A program made the position numbers and the translations under genes. A stretch of DNA of 64,000 nt from Escherichia coli. GTDB lineage: Bacteria; Pseudomonadota; Gammaproteobacteria; Enterobacterales; Enterobacteriaceae. The notes under the pieces were generated by a model. It did not search any database. It had not been told where the DNA came from and saw nothing but the letters and a program-made list of their open reading frames with translations. The stretch lies in the NCBI RefSeq assembly GCF_001677475.2, contig NZ_CP015229.1; one strand, 5' to 3'. Shown here piece after piece: positions 12,372 to 22,271 of the stretch (the first letter of the stretch is position 1; the number at the start of each line of letters is the position of its first letter).

Positions 12372-12402
12372 GCGGAATGCGGTGCGCCACACCGCATTCC
12401 GC
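12372..12402. terminator. Perfect 13-bp inverted repeat (GCGGAATGCGGTG-N5-CACCGCATTCCGC) between convergent uvrD and DUF62 gene
   Basis: Direct reading; strong GC stem, no flanking U-tract. Confidence 0.4.
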
Positions 12403-12411
12403 ATCAGCACC

Positions 12412-13314
12412 TTACTTAGCGCACTTCTTCACATCAATATTCCAGTTAGCACCAGACGCAACCTGATGTTTCTGCGCGAAATTAGCCATATTCAGCGCCA
12501 CGGAAACATTCAATAAGCTGTTCAGATACACCATCGGCTGTCCTTCCGGCACATCGCCGAAGCTTGCGACATACGGCATTTTCCCTGCGTATTTTTGCTG
12601 GGAACCTTCGGAAATGGTCACACACAACGTGTCGTTGAGTTTGATTCCTGCCTGATTCAGCAACTCGTCGCTGATATTGCTCCAGACGTTGCCGTACTGA
12701 ATATCGAGAATCGGGATATTGCCCTTCACTTCACCTTTTGTTGCTTTTGCTTTCTGATAAGAAAGTTCGACAACTTTTGCAGGAAGCTCTGGCCCCACCT
12801 GTTCGAACGTAATCGCCCCGGAAGCCAGACGCGCCCCTGTGTAGGCATATACATCGCGACCATGGAAGGTATATGACTTTTCGGAACCTTTCAGGCGGTT
12901 GGTTTTTTCATCGATTTGCCGGACGCTCTCAATACCCAGCGATTCCGCCACCAAAGTGAGCGTACCGTTATCCGGTGAAACGAAGTATTGACCGTTTTTG
13001 GTTTTCAGCACTACCGATTTACGGTCAGTGCCTACGCCCGGATCGACCACACTGACAAATACCGAACCTTGCGGCCAGTAGCTGGCTGTCTGATACAGGC
13101 GGTAAGCGCCTTCCCAGATGTTATACGGTGGAATTTCGTGTGTTAAATCAAATATTTTAAGATTATGGTCAACACCGAATGCGACCCCTTTCATCGCCGA
13201 GACGGCACCATCTTTCAGGCTAAAATCAGTTTGTAAAATCAAAGCGTTATCCGCATAAGCGGATGATGATCCCAGACACGTTAATAAAAATAACGTTGCG
13301 AGCGTTTTTTTCAT
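12412..13314 (-). CDS. Secreted DUF62 / SAM hydroxide adenosyltransferase (fluorinase/chlorinase)-family protein
   Basis: 300-aa ORF; N-terminal signal peptide MKKTLATLFLLTCLGSSSAYA; family-like motifs LQTDFSLKDGAVSAMKGV and ILDIQYGNVWSNI. Confidence 0.75.
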   Translation of the reverse strand: MKKTLATLFLLTCLGSSSAYADNALILQTDFSLKDGAVSAMKGVAFGVDHNLKIFDLTHEIPPYNIWEGAYRLYQTASYWPQGSVFVSVVDPGVGTDRKSVVLKTKNGQYFVSPDNGTLTLVAESLGIESVRQIDEKTNRLKGSEKSYTFHGRDVYAYTGARLASGAITFEQVGPELPAKVVELSYQKAKATKGEVKGNIPILDIQYGNVWSNISDELLNQAGIKLNDTLCVTISEGSQQKYAGKMPYVASFGDVPEGQPMVYLNSLLNVSVALNMANFAQKHQVASGANWNIDVKKCAK

Positions 13315-13396
13315 TTTTGTTTCCCTTCATTTATCTGATAATTTTCCAGCTGTGTAGCCAGCCCCAGTTTGTCTGGCCTCCTCGAGTGTACAATGC

Positions 13397-14161
13397 TTAA
13401 CCTTTCCGCTCGACGGAAATCATGGTAACAAAAGGATAGCGTTGCCACGGGATTGCCCCGCCTTTCATATACATATGTGAAATCGTGCCATCAAGATAAA
13501 GCAGCTGCTCAACGTTCAGTTTCGCTTTGGCATAACAGGCAAAATCATAAAAATTTGTCGCCTGCTGGCTCAACAAAAACACGGCGCTCCCTTGTTTATT
13601 AATCCCAACACCGTTACGAATTTTACGTGAGGCGACGTTGGGATGAATACGCGGATTAATTACGCCGTTTTCCATCAACATTGGCCCTGACTGCACCGCA
13701 AACTGAATCTCTTTACTGGTTTTGAAGGCATCCAGACGAACGATGCCGACTTTATCTCCCGCGACATAAAACACGCCGCCAGGACGGATAAAGAAATTCC
13801 CTTCACCTGAAGCGAGATTTAACGCCACCTTCTGCTGACCGTTTTCGATGTACAAACCGAGCGGCGCATAGCTTTCATCATAGATGCCGCCGTTCATCGC
13901 CATCTGCACCTGACCCTGACTATTCATATCCGCCAGCAGAGCATGTAACGTTCCCCACGCTTCGGCATTGGCTTTTTGCCAGTACATTTTCACCCGCTCT
14001 GTTTGAGGATTAACGGTATACGCCTGTACGGTCAGCGCCGGATCTGAGAGTGCGCAATCATCAGCGGCAACAGCAAACAAGGGAAGTAAGGTGAGGGCGA
14101 GAAAAATCCGTTTGAGATTCAAGGTGATCATTCCTTTACCAATGAGTAGCCGATGCGCCAT
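13397..14161 (-). CDS. yigE: DUF2233 periplasmic protein YigE
   Basis: 254-aa ORF with signal peptide, upstream of corA as in K-12. Confidence 0.75.
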   Translation of the reverse strand: MAHRLLIGKGMITLNLKRIFLALTLLPLFAVAADDCALSDPALTVQAYTVNPQTERVKMYWQKANAEAWGTLHALLADMNSQGQVQMAMNGGIYDESYAPLGLYIENGQQKVALNLASGEGNFFIRPGGVFYVAGDKVGIVRLDAFKTSKEIQFAVQSGPMLMENGVINPRIHPNVASRKIRNGVGINKQGSAVFLLSQQATNFYDFACYAKAKLNVEQLLYLDGTISHMYMKGGAIPWQRYPFVTMISVERKG

Positions 14162-14530
14162 TATAGGTCCTGGATGTGGGATTTTTTTATCCTGTTAGCG
14201 ACCTTGACGAGTACCAAAAAGCGCGAAGTTCAACTATTGTTCTGTGGTGTTCTGTTGCGTGTTGACGGCAAAATTTTGCTGGCGTAACATGCGCGCACGA
14301 TCACTCTAAGAGGACATTCGCCTTGGACACACCCAGTAGATACTGGCTCACTATCCTGTCATCCAGGATCAACTCCTAAGGCTATCCCTTTTTGCTGATA
14401 GCCTTAGCGGTTGTCAGCGACCTCAATTTTTCCCGTCGCGCTGAGTCAGGCTGTTTAATGGTCTGAAACCCAATTTGTTTCTGTGTGCCCACCGAACTGT
14501 CCGATATTTTAAGCATTGGGAGTCCCGGTC

Positions 14531-15481
14531 ATGCTGAGCGCATTTCAACTGGAAAATAACCGACTGACCCGGCTGGAAGTCGAAGAGTCACAACCCCTTG
14601 TAAATGCAGTATGGATTGATCTTGTCGAACCGGACGACGACGAGCGACTGCGCGTACAATCTGAACTTGGTCAGAGCCTGGCAACCCGCCCGGAACTGGA
14701 AGACATCGAAGCATCGGCACGTTTCTTTGAAGACGATGACGGCCTGCATATTCACTCCTTCTTCTTCTTTGAAGATGCGGAAGATCACGCCGGTAACTCC
14801 ACTGTGGCATTTACCATCCGTGATGGTCGTCTGTTTACTCTGCGTGAGCGTGAACTGCCTGCATTCCGTCTGTATCGTATGCGTGCCCGTAGCCAGTCGA
14901 TGGTAGACGGTAATGCCTACGAGCTGCTGCTGGATCTGTTCGAAACCAAAATCGAACAGTTGGCAGATGAAATTGAAAATATCTATAGCGACCTGGAGCA
15001 GTTGAGCCGGGTGATTATGGAAGGGCATCAGGGCGATGAGTACGACGAGGCGCTCTCCACGCTGGCGGAACTGGAAGATATCGGCTGGAAAGTTCGCCTG
15101 TGTCTGATGGATACCCAGCGCGCGCTCAACTTCCTGGTACGTAAAGCACGCTTACCGGGTGGGCAACTGGAGCAGGCGCGTGAAATCCTGCGAGATATCG
15201 AATCCCTGCTGCCGCATAACGAATCCCTGTTCCAGAAGGTGAACTTCCTGATGCAGGCGGCGATGGGCTTTATCAACATCGAGCAGAACCGCATCATCAA
15301 AATCTTCTCGGTGGTATCCGTCGTGTTCCTGCCGCCGACGCTGGTCGCTTCCAGCTATGGGATGAACTTTGAGTTTATGCCGGAACTGAAGTGGAGTTTC
15401 GGCTACCCTGGCGCGATTATCTTTATGATCCTCGCGGGCCTGGCACCGTATCTGTACTTTAAGCGCAAGAACTGGTTGTAA
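14531..15481 (+). CDS. corA: Magnesium/cobalt transporter CorA
   Basis: ORF 14516-15481; start at [12 protein letters not shown] gives 316 aa; YGMNF signature. Confidence 0.95.
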   Translation: MLSAFQLENNRLTRLEVEESQPLVNAVWIDLVEPDDDERLRVQSELGQSLATRPELEDIEASARFFEDDDGLHIHSFFFFEDAEDHAGNSTVAFTIRDGRLFTLRERELPAFRLYRMRARSQSMVDGNAYELLLDLFETKIEQLADEIENIYSDLEQLSRVIMEGHQGDEYDEALSTLAELEDIGWKVRLCLMDTQRALNFLVRKARLPGGQLEQAREILRDIESLLPHNESLFQKVNFLMQAAMGFINIEQNRIIKIFSVVSVVFLPPTLVASSYGMNFEFMPELKWSFGYPGAIIFMILAGLAPYLYFKRKNWL

Positions 15482-15488
15482 AAATAAG

Positions 15489-15518
15489 GCGGTGGCTTAG
15501 CCTGGCTAAGCCACCTGT
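15489..15518. terminator. Bidirectional rho-independent terminator between corA and yigF
   Basis: Hairpin GGTGGCTTAG-CCTGG-CTAAGCCACC with T-rich flanks on both strands. Confidence 0.55.
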
Positions 15519-15521
15519 TAT

Positions 15522-15902
15522 TCAAAGGCTCCAGGTATTTAACCCTTTTACCTCTTTCTCATAAAACCATTTGTTCGTGTTAACAGCAACATAGGCTGCT
15601 ACGGCAATTCCCAGAATGTTAACGCCAATTAGTGCACCAACAAATAGAGATAGAATGCCAAGTAATAGAACTATAATTGCTTTTTTCCATAATCCTAGAA
15701 CAAATAAATAGATCCAGGAACAGAAGAAAGCAATGAAATTCATTTGAATAGTTAATCGTTGTCTTACTTTTAATGTTTTAAATGCTGCTTTATATTCTGG
15801 TGTTGCCCCCCAGAATCCAGGAAAGCCATGTTGATCATAAAAATTAAATCGGTATTTCCATTTTTCACTTAATGAACCATCGTTCATATATTCCTTACTC
15901 AT
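15522..15902 (-). CDS. yigF: DUF2628 inner-membrane protein YigF
   Basis: ORF 15522-15944, start at internal Met for 126 aa; AT-rich. Confidence 0.75.
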   Translation of the reverse strand: MSKEYMNDGSLSEKWKYRFNFYDQHGFPGFWGATPEYKAAFKTLKVRQRLTIQMNFIAFFCSWIYLFVLGLWKKAIIVLLLGILSLFVGALIGVNILGIAVAAYVAVNTNKWFYEKEVKGLNTWSL

Positions 15903-15915
15903 AAATACACCATAA

Positions 15916-16296
15916 CTATTGTTTTGATGAATCAGTAGGTGCAAGCATTAGCATACTGAAAGTGGAAAAATAACAAATCAAAAAAATCATCGAACCATTG
16001 CCTGAACAATCAAAATGTTCGGCTATCATTGTGATGATAGAGATGATATATACTGCTAATGTACCAAAAACATAAGTTTTTATATATATGAAACCACTAT
16101 CACGGAGTCGTTGGCAATTCATGTTGATGACGAGATAATGGAGTGCGATGGTAGAGACAATAACAAGAAAACCTGCGTCCCCATCGTTAAAAAAGATAAT
16201 AAGAAAGGCAAAAATGAAATTTATTAAAATAAATGAAAATATATAACGACGTCTGGAAATCTTACCGTTAGATGTTGGGATAAATATACGCAACAT
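15916..16296 (-). CDS. yigG: DUF805-like inner-membrane protein YigG
   Basis: ORF 15916-16356, start at internal Met for 126 aa; AT-rich. Confidence 0.7.
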   Translation of the reverse strand: MLRIFIPTSNGKISRRRYIFSFILINFIFAFLIIFFNDGDAGFLVIVSTIALHYLVINMNCQRLRDSGFIYIKTYVFGTLAVYIISIITMIAEHFDCSGNGSMIFLICYFSTFSMLMLAPTDSSKQ

Positions 16297-16390
16297 AAAT
16301 TTTACATCCTTGTGTGAGTCTCCTGTCAGCATGGCAATATGCCCACTCTCATGCAAGAGTCGGCATATTTTTTCAGAATATATTTATTTT

Positions 16391-17281
16391 TTATTTGGAC
16401 GTTCTACGCTGCGTATAAATCGCATCCATCACAAAAATTGCCAGCGCCACCCAAATAAAGGCGAAAGTCACCATCTTATCGGCACCCGGTTTTTCACCAT
16501 AAAACGTCACAGCCAGCAGGAACATCAGTGTCGGGCCAATGTACTGGAAAAAGCCTAACGTTGAGAGACGCAGGCGTGTCGCAGCTGCAGTAAAACACAA
16601 CAGCGGTACGGTAGTGACAATACCGGCAGCGATCAGCAGTAAATTCAGCGATATCGGGTTTTGCCCCATATGGCTGGTTGCGCTGTCGGCAATAGCAAAC
16701 AGGTAAATCGCCGCCACGGGCAGCAACCACATGGTTTCGATTAACATGCCGGTTTGCGCTTCAACGGCAATCTTCTTTCGTACCAGGCCGTAGAAGGCAA
16801 AACTAAACGCCAGCCCCAGCGCGATGATCGGCAGTGAACCAAAAGTCCACAACTGAACCAACACGCCACATATCGCCAGAATCACCGCCAGCCATTGCAT
16901 CCGGCGGAATCGCTCGCCGAGGAAAATCATCCCCAGCACAATGTTCACCAGCGGATTAATAAAGTAACCAAGGCTTGCTTCCAGCATATGGTGATTGTTC
17001 ACCGCCCAGATAAACAGTAGCCAGTTGCCACCAATCAGCACGGCAGAGACTGCCAGCATAAAAATTTTCTGTGGCGTCCGAATCAGCGTTTTTAAATAGG
17101 ACCACTGGCGGCAAATGCTCATCAGCACCACCATAAAGAAAAACGACCAGATCACGCGATGCGTCAGGATCTCATCGGCGGGCACGTAGTAAATCAGCTT
17201 GAAGTACGCTGGCGCAATACCCCAAATAAAATAAGCGGCAAGAGCGAGTAATACGCCCTGCCGCGTTTGTTTTGCATCCAT
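16391..17281 (-). CDS. rarD: EamA/DMT-family transporter RarD
   Basis: 296-aa polytopic membrane ORF. Confidence 0.9.
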   Translation of the reverse strand: MDAKQTRQGVLLALAAYFIWGIAPAYFKLIYYVPADEILTHRVIWSFFFMVVLMSICRQWSYLKTLIRTPQKIFMLAVSAVLIGGNWLLFIWAVNNHHMLEASLGYFINPLVNIVLGMIFLGERFRRMQWLAVILAICGVLVQLWTFGSLPIIALGLAFSFAFYGLVRKKIAVEAQTGMLIETMWLLPVAAIYLFAIADSATSHMGQNPISLNLLLIAAGIVTTVPLLCFTAAATRLRLSTLGFFQYIGPTLMFLLAVTFYGEKPGADKMVTFAFIWVALAIFVMDAIYTQRRTSK

Positions 17282-17332
17282 CGGGAATACTCATTTTTAA
17301 TTGGTAACAGCAGTTTACCTGCTTTTACGTTA

Positions 17333-17800
17333 TCAACCTACCATATAGGTGGCGGTGGCACTGGCAATATAAAGCTGTTCTTCATTGTGTAATTCAACGC
17401 GGGCGACGGCGACTTTATTGCCTGCACGCAACAGGCTACTGGTAGCAGTAAAACGCTCGCCCCTACCTGGGCGCAGATAATCAACGCGAAGATCAATGGT
17501 CCCCATCCGCGATAGCCGCTGGCGTAGTTCATCTTCACTGATGGTTTCGTGGCGGGTTAAGGTACTTCCCACGCACACCAGACCTGCGGCGACATCCAGC
17601 GCCGACGCAATGACCCCGCCGTGCAAAATGCTTTGCGCCCAGTTGCCCACCATCATCGGCTGATTTTTAAAGGCCAGCTGTGCGAACTCTTTTTCGTAAC
17701 GCTCCAGTTCCATCCCCAATGCGCGGTTAAATGGCATGTGATAAACAAACATCTCACCCACTAATTTCAGGGCTTGTTCAGCGGTCAGTACGGCAGACAT
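17333..17800 (-). CDS. yigI: Hotdog-fold acyl-CoA thioesterase YigI
   Basis: ORF 17333-17818, start at [18 protein letters not shown] for 155 aa. Confidence 0.8.
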   Translation of the reverse strand: MSAVLTAEQALKLVGEMFVYHMPFNRALGMELERYEKEFAQLAFKNQPMMVGNWAQSILHGGVIASALDVAAGLVCVGSTLTRHETISEDELRQRLSRMGTIDLRVDYLRPGRGERFTATSSLLRAGNKVAVARVELHNEEQLYIASATATYMVG

Positions 17801-17964
17801 ATCATCCTTACACTTCATTGGTTAATGAAATGTTGATTTTATGCTTCTTTGTTGTTGGTTTCTACTTTAGGAAGGGATAACTAACGGCTATGGAGTTAAG
17901 TATGTAAAATAGCCCGCAGAAAAATATTCACCTTATCAATAATTCGTTACGGAGAACACGACCG

Positions 17965-18834
17965 ATGCGGACTCTGCAGGGCTGGTTGTTGCCGGTGTTT
18001 ATGTTGCCTATGGCAGTATATGCACAAGAGGCAACGGTGAAAGAGGTGCATGACGCGCCAGCGGTGCGTGGCAGTATTATCGCCAATATGCTGCAGGAGC
18101 ATGACAATCCGTTCACGCTCTATCCTTATGACACTAACTACCTCATCTACACACAAACCAGCGATCTGAATAAAGAAGCGATTGCCAGTTACGACTGGGC
18201 GGAAAATGCGCGTAAGGATGAAGTAAAGTTTCAGTTGAGCCTGGCATTTCCGCTGTGGCGTGGGATTTTAGGCCCGAACTCGGTATTGGGTGCGTCTTAT
18301 ACGCAAAAATCCTGGTGGCAACTGTCCAATAGCGAAGAGTCTTCACCGTTTCGTGAAACCAACTACGAACCGCAATTGTTCCTCGGTTTTGCCACCGATT
18401 ACCGTTTTGCAGGTTGGACGCTGCGCGATGTGGAGATGGGGTATAACCACGACTCTAACGGGCGTTCAGACCCGACCTCCCGCAGCTGGAACCGCCTTTA
18501 TACTCGCCTGATGGCAGAAAACGGTAACTGGCTGGTAGAAGTGAAGCCGTGGTATGTGGTGGGTAATACTGACGATAACCCGGATATCACCAAATATATG
18601 GGTTACTACCAGCTTAAAATCGGCTATCACCTCGGTGATGCGGTATTGAGTGCGAAAGGACAGTACAACTGGAACACGGGCTACGGCGGCGCGGAGTTAG
18701 GCTTAAGTTACCCGATCACCAAACATGTGCGCCTTTATACTCAGGTTTACAGCGGCTATGGCGAATCGCTCATCGACTATAACTTCAACCAGACCCGTGT
18801 CGGTGTGGGGGTTATGCTAAACGATTTGTTTTGA
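17965..18834 (+). CDS. pldA: Outer-membrane phospholipase A
   Basis: 289-aa ORF with signal peptide MRTLQGWLLPVFMLPMAVYA. Confidence 0.9.
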   Translation: MRTLQGWLLPVFMLPMAVYAQEATVKEVHDAPAVRGSIIANMLQEHDNPFTLYPYDTNYLIYTQTSDLNKEAIASYDWAENARKDEVKFQLSLAFPLWRGILGPNSVLGASYTQKSWWQLSNSEESSPFRETNYEPQLFLGFATDYRFAGWTLRDVEMGYNHDSNGRSDPTSRSWNRLYTRLMAENGNWLVEVKPWYVVGNTDDNPDITKYMGYYQLKIGYHLGDAVLSAKGQYNWNTGYGGAELGLSYPITKHVRLYTQVYSGYGESLIDYNFNQTRVGVGVMLNDLF

Positions 18835-18915
18835 TGAACGGTTGAGTGGTTGGCAAATCTGGAATCCAGCATCCAGGATTACCCTCTCAGAGACTAAAAG
18901 CATTGCAGTTTCTCG

Positions 18916-18948
18916 CGCAGGCGCTGAAAATAGCGCCTGTTTTTATTT
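18916..18948 (+). terminator. pldA rho-independent terminator
   Basis: Hairpin CAGGCGCT-GAAAAT-AGCGCCTG followed by TTTTTATTT. Confidence 0.65.
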
Positions 18949-18966
18949 CAGGCAATCGGGGTGAAT

Positions 18967-20796
18967 GTGGCGCAGGCGGAAGTGTTGAATCTGGAGTCCG
19001 GAGCTAAACAGGTTTTACAAGAAACCTTTGGCTACCAACAGTTTCGCCCCGGCCAGGAAGAAATTATCGACACTGTGCTTTCCGGCCGCGATTGCCTCGT
19101 CGTCATGCCCACTGGTGGCGGAAAATCCCTTTGCTATCAAATCCCTGCCTTATTGCTAAACGGCCTTACCGTGGTTGTTTCACCGCTGATTTCGTTGATG
19201 AAAGATCAGGTGGATCAACTGCAAGCCAACGGGGTGGCGGCGGCGTGCCTTAACTCGACGCAAACCCGCGAGCAGCAACTTGAAGTGATGACAGGCTGCC
19301 GCACCGGGCAAATTCGTCTGCTTTATATCGCCCCGGAACGCCTGATGCTGGATAACTTTCTTGAGCATCTGGCGCACTGGAATCCGGTGTTATTAGCCGT
19401 TGATGAAGCGCACTGTATCTCCCAATGGGGCCACGATTTCCGCCCGGAATATGCCGCGCTCGGTCAGTTGCGCCAGCGGTTCCCGACGCTGCCGTTTATG
19501 GCGCTGACTGCCACAGCCGACGACACCACGCGCCAGGATATCGTGCGCCTGCTGGGGCTGAACGATCCGCTGATTCAAATCAGCAGTTTTGACCGTCCGA
19601 ATATTCGCTACATGCTGATGGAGAAATTCAAACCGCTCGATCAGTTGATGCGCTACGTGCAGGAACAGCGCGGTAAGTCCGGCATTATCTACTGCAACAG
19701 CCGGGCGAAAGTAGAAGACACCGCTGCGCGCCTGCAAAGCAAGGGTATTAGCGCGGCGGCCTATCATGCCGGGCTGGAAAATAATGTCCGCGCCGACGTG
19801 CAGGAAAAATTTCAGCGCGATGACCTGCAAATTGTGGTGGCGACGGTGGCGTTCGGCATGGGCATCAATAAACCAAACGTTCGCTTCGTGGTGCATTTTG
19901 ATATTCCGCGCAATATCGAATCCTATTATCAAGAAACCGGACGCGCCGGGCGTGATGGCCTGCCCGCGGAAGCGATGCTGTTTTACGATCCGGCTGATAT
20001 GGCGTGGCTGCGCCGTTGTCTGGAAGAGAAGCCGCAGGGGCAGTTGCAGGATATCGAGCGCCACAAACTCAATGCGATGGGCGCGTTTGCCGAAGCGCAA
20101 ACTTGCCGTCGTCTGGTATTGCTGAACTATTTTGGTGAAGGGCGTCAGGAGCCGTGCGGAAACTGCGATATTTGCCTCGATCCGCCGAAACGGTACGATG
20201 GTTCAACCGATGCACAGATTGCCCTTTCCACCATTGGTCGGGTGAATCAGCGTTTTGGTATGGGTTATGTGGTGGAAGTGATTCGCGGTGCTAATAATCA
20301 GCGTATCCGCGACTATGGTCATGACAAACTGAAAGTCTATGGCATGGGCCGTGATAAAAGCCATGAACATTGGGTTAGCGTGATCCGCCAGCTGATTCAC
20401 CTCGGCCTGGTGACGCAAAATATTGCCCAGCATTCTGCCCTACAACTGACAGAGGCCGCACGCCCGGTGCTGCGCGGCGAATCCTCTTTGCAACTTGCCG
20501 TGCCGCGTATCGTGGCGCTCAAACCGAAAGCGATGCAGAAATCCTTCGGCGGCAATTACGATCGCAAACTGTTCGCCAAATTACGCAAACTGCGTAAATC
20601 GATTGCCGATGAAAGTAATGTCCCGCCGTACGTGGTATTTAACGACGCAACCTTGATTGAGATGGCGGAACAGATGCCGATCACTGCCAGCGAAATGCTC
20701 AGCGTTAACGGCGTTGGGATGCGCAAGCTGGAACGCTTTGGCAAACCGTTTATGGCGCTGATTCGTGCGCATGTCGATGGCGATGACGAAGAGTAG
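18967..20796 (+). CDS. recQ: ATP-dependent DNA helicase RecQ
   Basis: ORF 18961-20796; GTG start two codons in gives 609 aa; DEAH helicase motifs, Zn-binding CGNCDIC. Confidence 0.9.
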   Translation: MAQAEVLNLESGAKQVLQETFGYQQFRPGQEEIIDTVLSGRDCLVVMPTGGGKSLCYQIPALLLNGLTVVVSPLISLMKDQVDQLQANGVAAACLNSTQTREQQLEVMTGCRTGQIRLLYIAPERLMLDNFLEHLAHWNPVLLAVDEAHCISQWGHDFRPEYAALGQLRQRFPTLPFMALTATADDTTRQDIVRLLGLNDPLIQISSFDRPNIRYMLMEKFKPLDQLMRYVQEQRGKSGIIYCNSRAKVEDTAARLQSKGISAAAYHAGLENNVRADVQEKFQRDDLQIVVATVAFGMGINKPNVRFVVHFDIPRNIESYYQETGRAGRDGLPAEAMLFYDPADMAWLRRCLEEKPQGQLQDIERHKLNAMGAFAEAQTCRRLVLLNYFGEGRQEPCGNCDICLDPPKRYDGSTDAQIALSTIGRVNQRFGMGYVVEVIRGANNQRIRDYGHDKLKVYGMGRDKSHEHWVSVIRQLIHLGLVTQNIAQHSALQLTEAARPVLRGESSLQLAVPRIVALKPKAMQKSFGGNYDRKLFAKLRKLRKSIADESNVPPYVVFNDATLIEMAEQMPITASEMLSVNGVGMRKLERFGKPFMALIRAHVDGDDEE

Positions 20797-20859
20797 TCAG
20801 CAGGATAAAAAAGTGCCAGGATGAAGACTCCGTAAACGCTTCCCCCGCGAGTCTAATGT

Positions 20860-21480
20860 ATGTTGATGTTATTCCTCACCGTCGCCATGGTGCACATTGT
20901 GGCGCTTATGAGCCCCGGTCCCGATTTCTTTTTTGTCTCTCAGACCGCTGTCAGTCGTTCCCGTAAAGAAGCGATGATGGGCGTGCTGGGCATTACCTGC
21001 GGCGTAATGGTTTGGGCTGGGATTGCGTTGCTTGGCCTGCATTTGATTATCGAAAAAATGGCCTGGCTGCATACGCTAATTATGGTGGGCGGTGGCCTGT
21101 ATCTCTGCTGGATGGGTTACCAGATGCTACGCGGCGCACTGAAAAAAGAGGCTGTATCTGCGCCTGCACCACAGGTTGAGCTGGCGAAAAGCGGGCGCAG
21201 TTTCCTGAAAGGCTTACTGACCAATCTCGCCAATCCGAAAGCGATTATCTACTTTGGCTCGGTGTTCTCGCTGTTTGTTGGCGATAACGTCGGCACTACC
21301 GAACGCTGGGGCATTTTTGCGTTGATTATTATCGAAACGCTGGCGTGGTTTACCGTTGTTGCCAGCCTGTTTGCGCTACCGCAAATGCGCAGGGGTTATC
21401 AACGTCTGGCGAAGTGGATCGACGGTTTTGCCGGAGCGTTATTTGCCGGATTTGGCATTCATTTGATTATTTCGCGTTGA
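20860..21480 (+). CDS. rhtC: Threonine efflux protein RhtC (LysE family)
   Basis: 206-aa membrane ORF. Confidence 0.9.
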   Translation: MLMLFLTVAMVHIVALMSPGPDFFFVSQTAVSRSRKEAMMGVLGITCGVMVWAGIALLGLHLIIEKMAWLHTLIMVGGGLYLCWMGYQMLRGALKKEAVSAPAPQVELAKSGRSFLKGLLTNLANPKAIIYFGSVFSLFVGDNVGTTERWGIFALIIIETLAWFTVVASLFALPQMRRGYQRLAKWIDGFAGALFAGFGIHLIISR

Positions 21481-21498
21481 TGCCAGACGCATTATCAG

Positions 21499-21536
21499 AG
21501 TAGGTCGGATAAGGCGTTTACGCCGCATCCGACATT
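21499..21536. repeat. REP (repetitive extragenic palindrome) element between rhtC and rhtB
   Basis: GTAGGTCGGATAAGGCGTTTACGCCGCATCCGACA matches REP consensus. Confidence 0.6.
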
Positions 21537-21540
21537 ATTT

Positions 21541-22161
21541 TCAGGCATGTCTTGCCGATGCCAACAGCGCCCCCACCAGCATAAACAGCGAGCCGAATAT
21601 CTTATTCAGCGCCTTCATCTGTTTCGGCCCTTTAATCCAGAGTGCGATTCGTTGGGCGAGGGTGGCGTAACCGATCATCACAATAATATCGACCACAATA
21701 GTGGTGACGCCGAGCACGATATACTGCATCAGTTGCGGCTGTTGCGGCATGATGAATTGCGGAAATAGCGCCGCCAGAAACACAATACTTTTGGGATTGG
21801 TGAGATTCACAAAAACTGCGCGCTGGAACAAATGTCGACGTGATTGAGTAGAGGCCAGCGATTTAAGATCAATTGCGCCAGCGGCGCGCCACTGCTGGAT
21901 CCCAAGCCAAATCAGATAAGCTGCGCCCGCCCACTTCAACACTTCAAACGCAATCACTGAGCGGGAAAACAGCGTCCCCAAACCTACGCCAACCAGCACA
22001 ATATGAATCGCCAGTCCGGTCTGAAGCCCAGCAATAGACGCCACCGCGCCGCGATAACCGTGGTTGAGCGAGGTGGTCATGGTGTTGATTGCGCCAGAGC
22101 CTGGCGACAGGCTTAAAATGATCGATGTCAGCAGGTAGGCAAACCACCATTCTAAGGTCAT
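21541..22161 (-). CDS. rhtB: Homoserine/homoserine lactone efflux protein RhtB (LysE family)
   Basis: 206-aa membrane ORF. Confidence 0.9.
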
Positions 22162-22271
22162 GATGAACTCCCGGTGTGTCTATTTTTGTGCCACAATACG
22201 CTACTGTCGCAGCGTTGTGTCAGGCACGCTTAAAAAAACGATTTTACGTGGTTTAAGAGGCAGATTACCCG

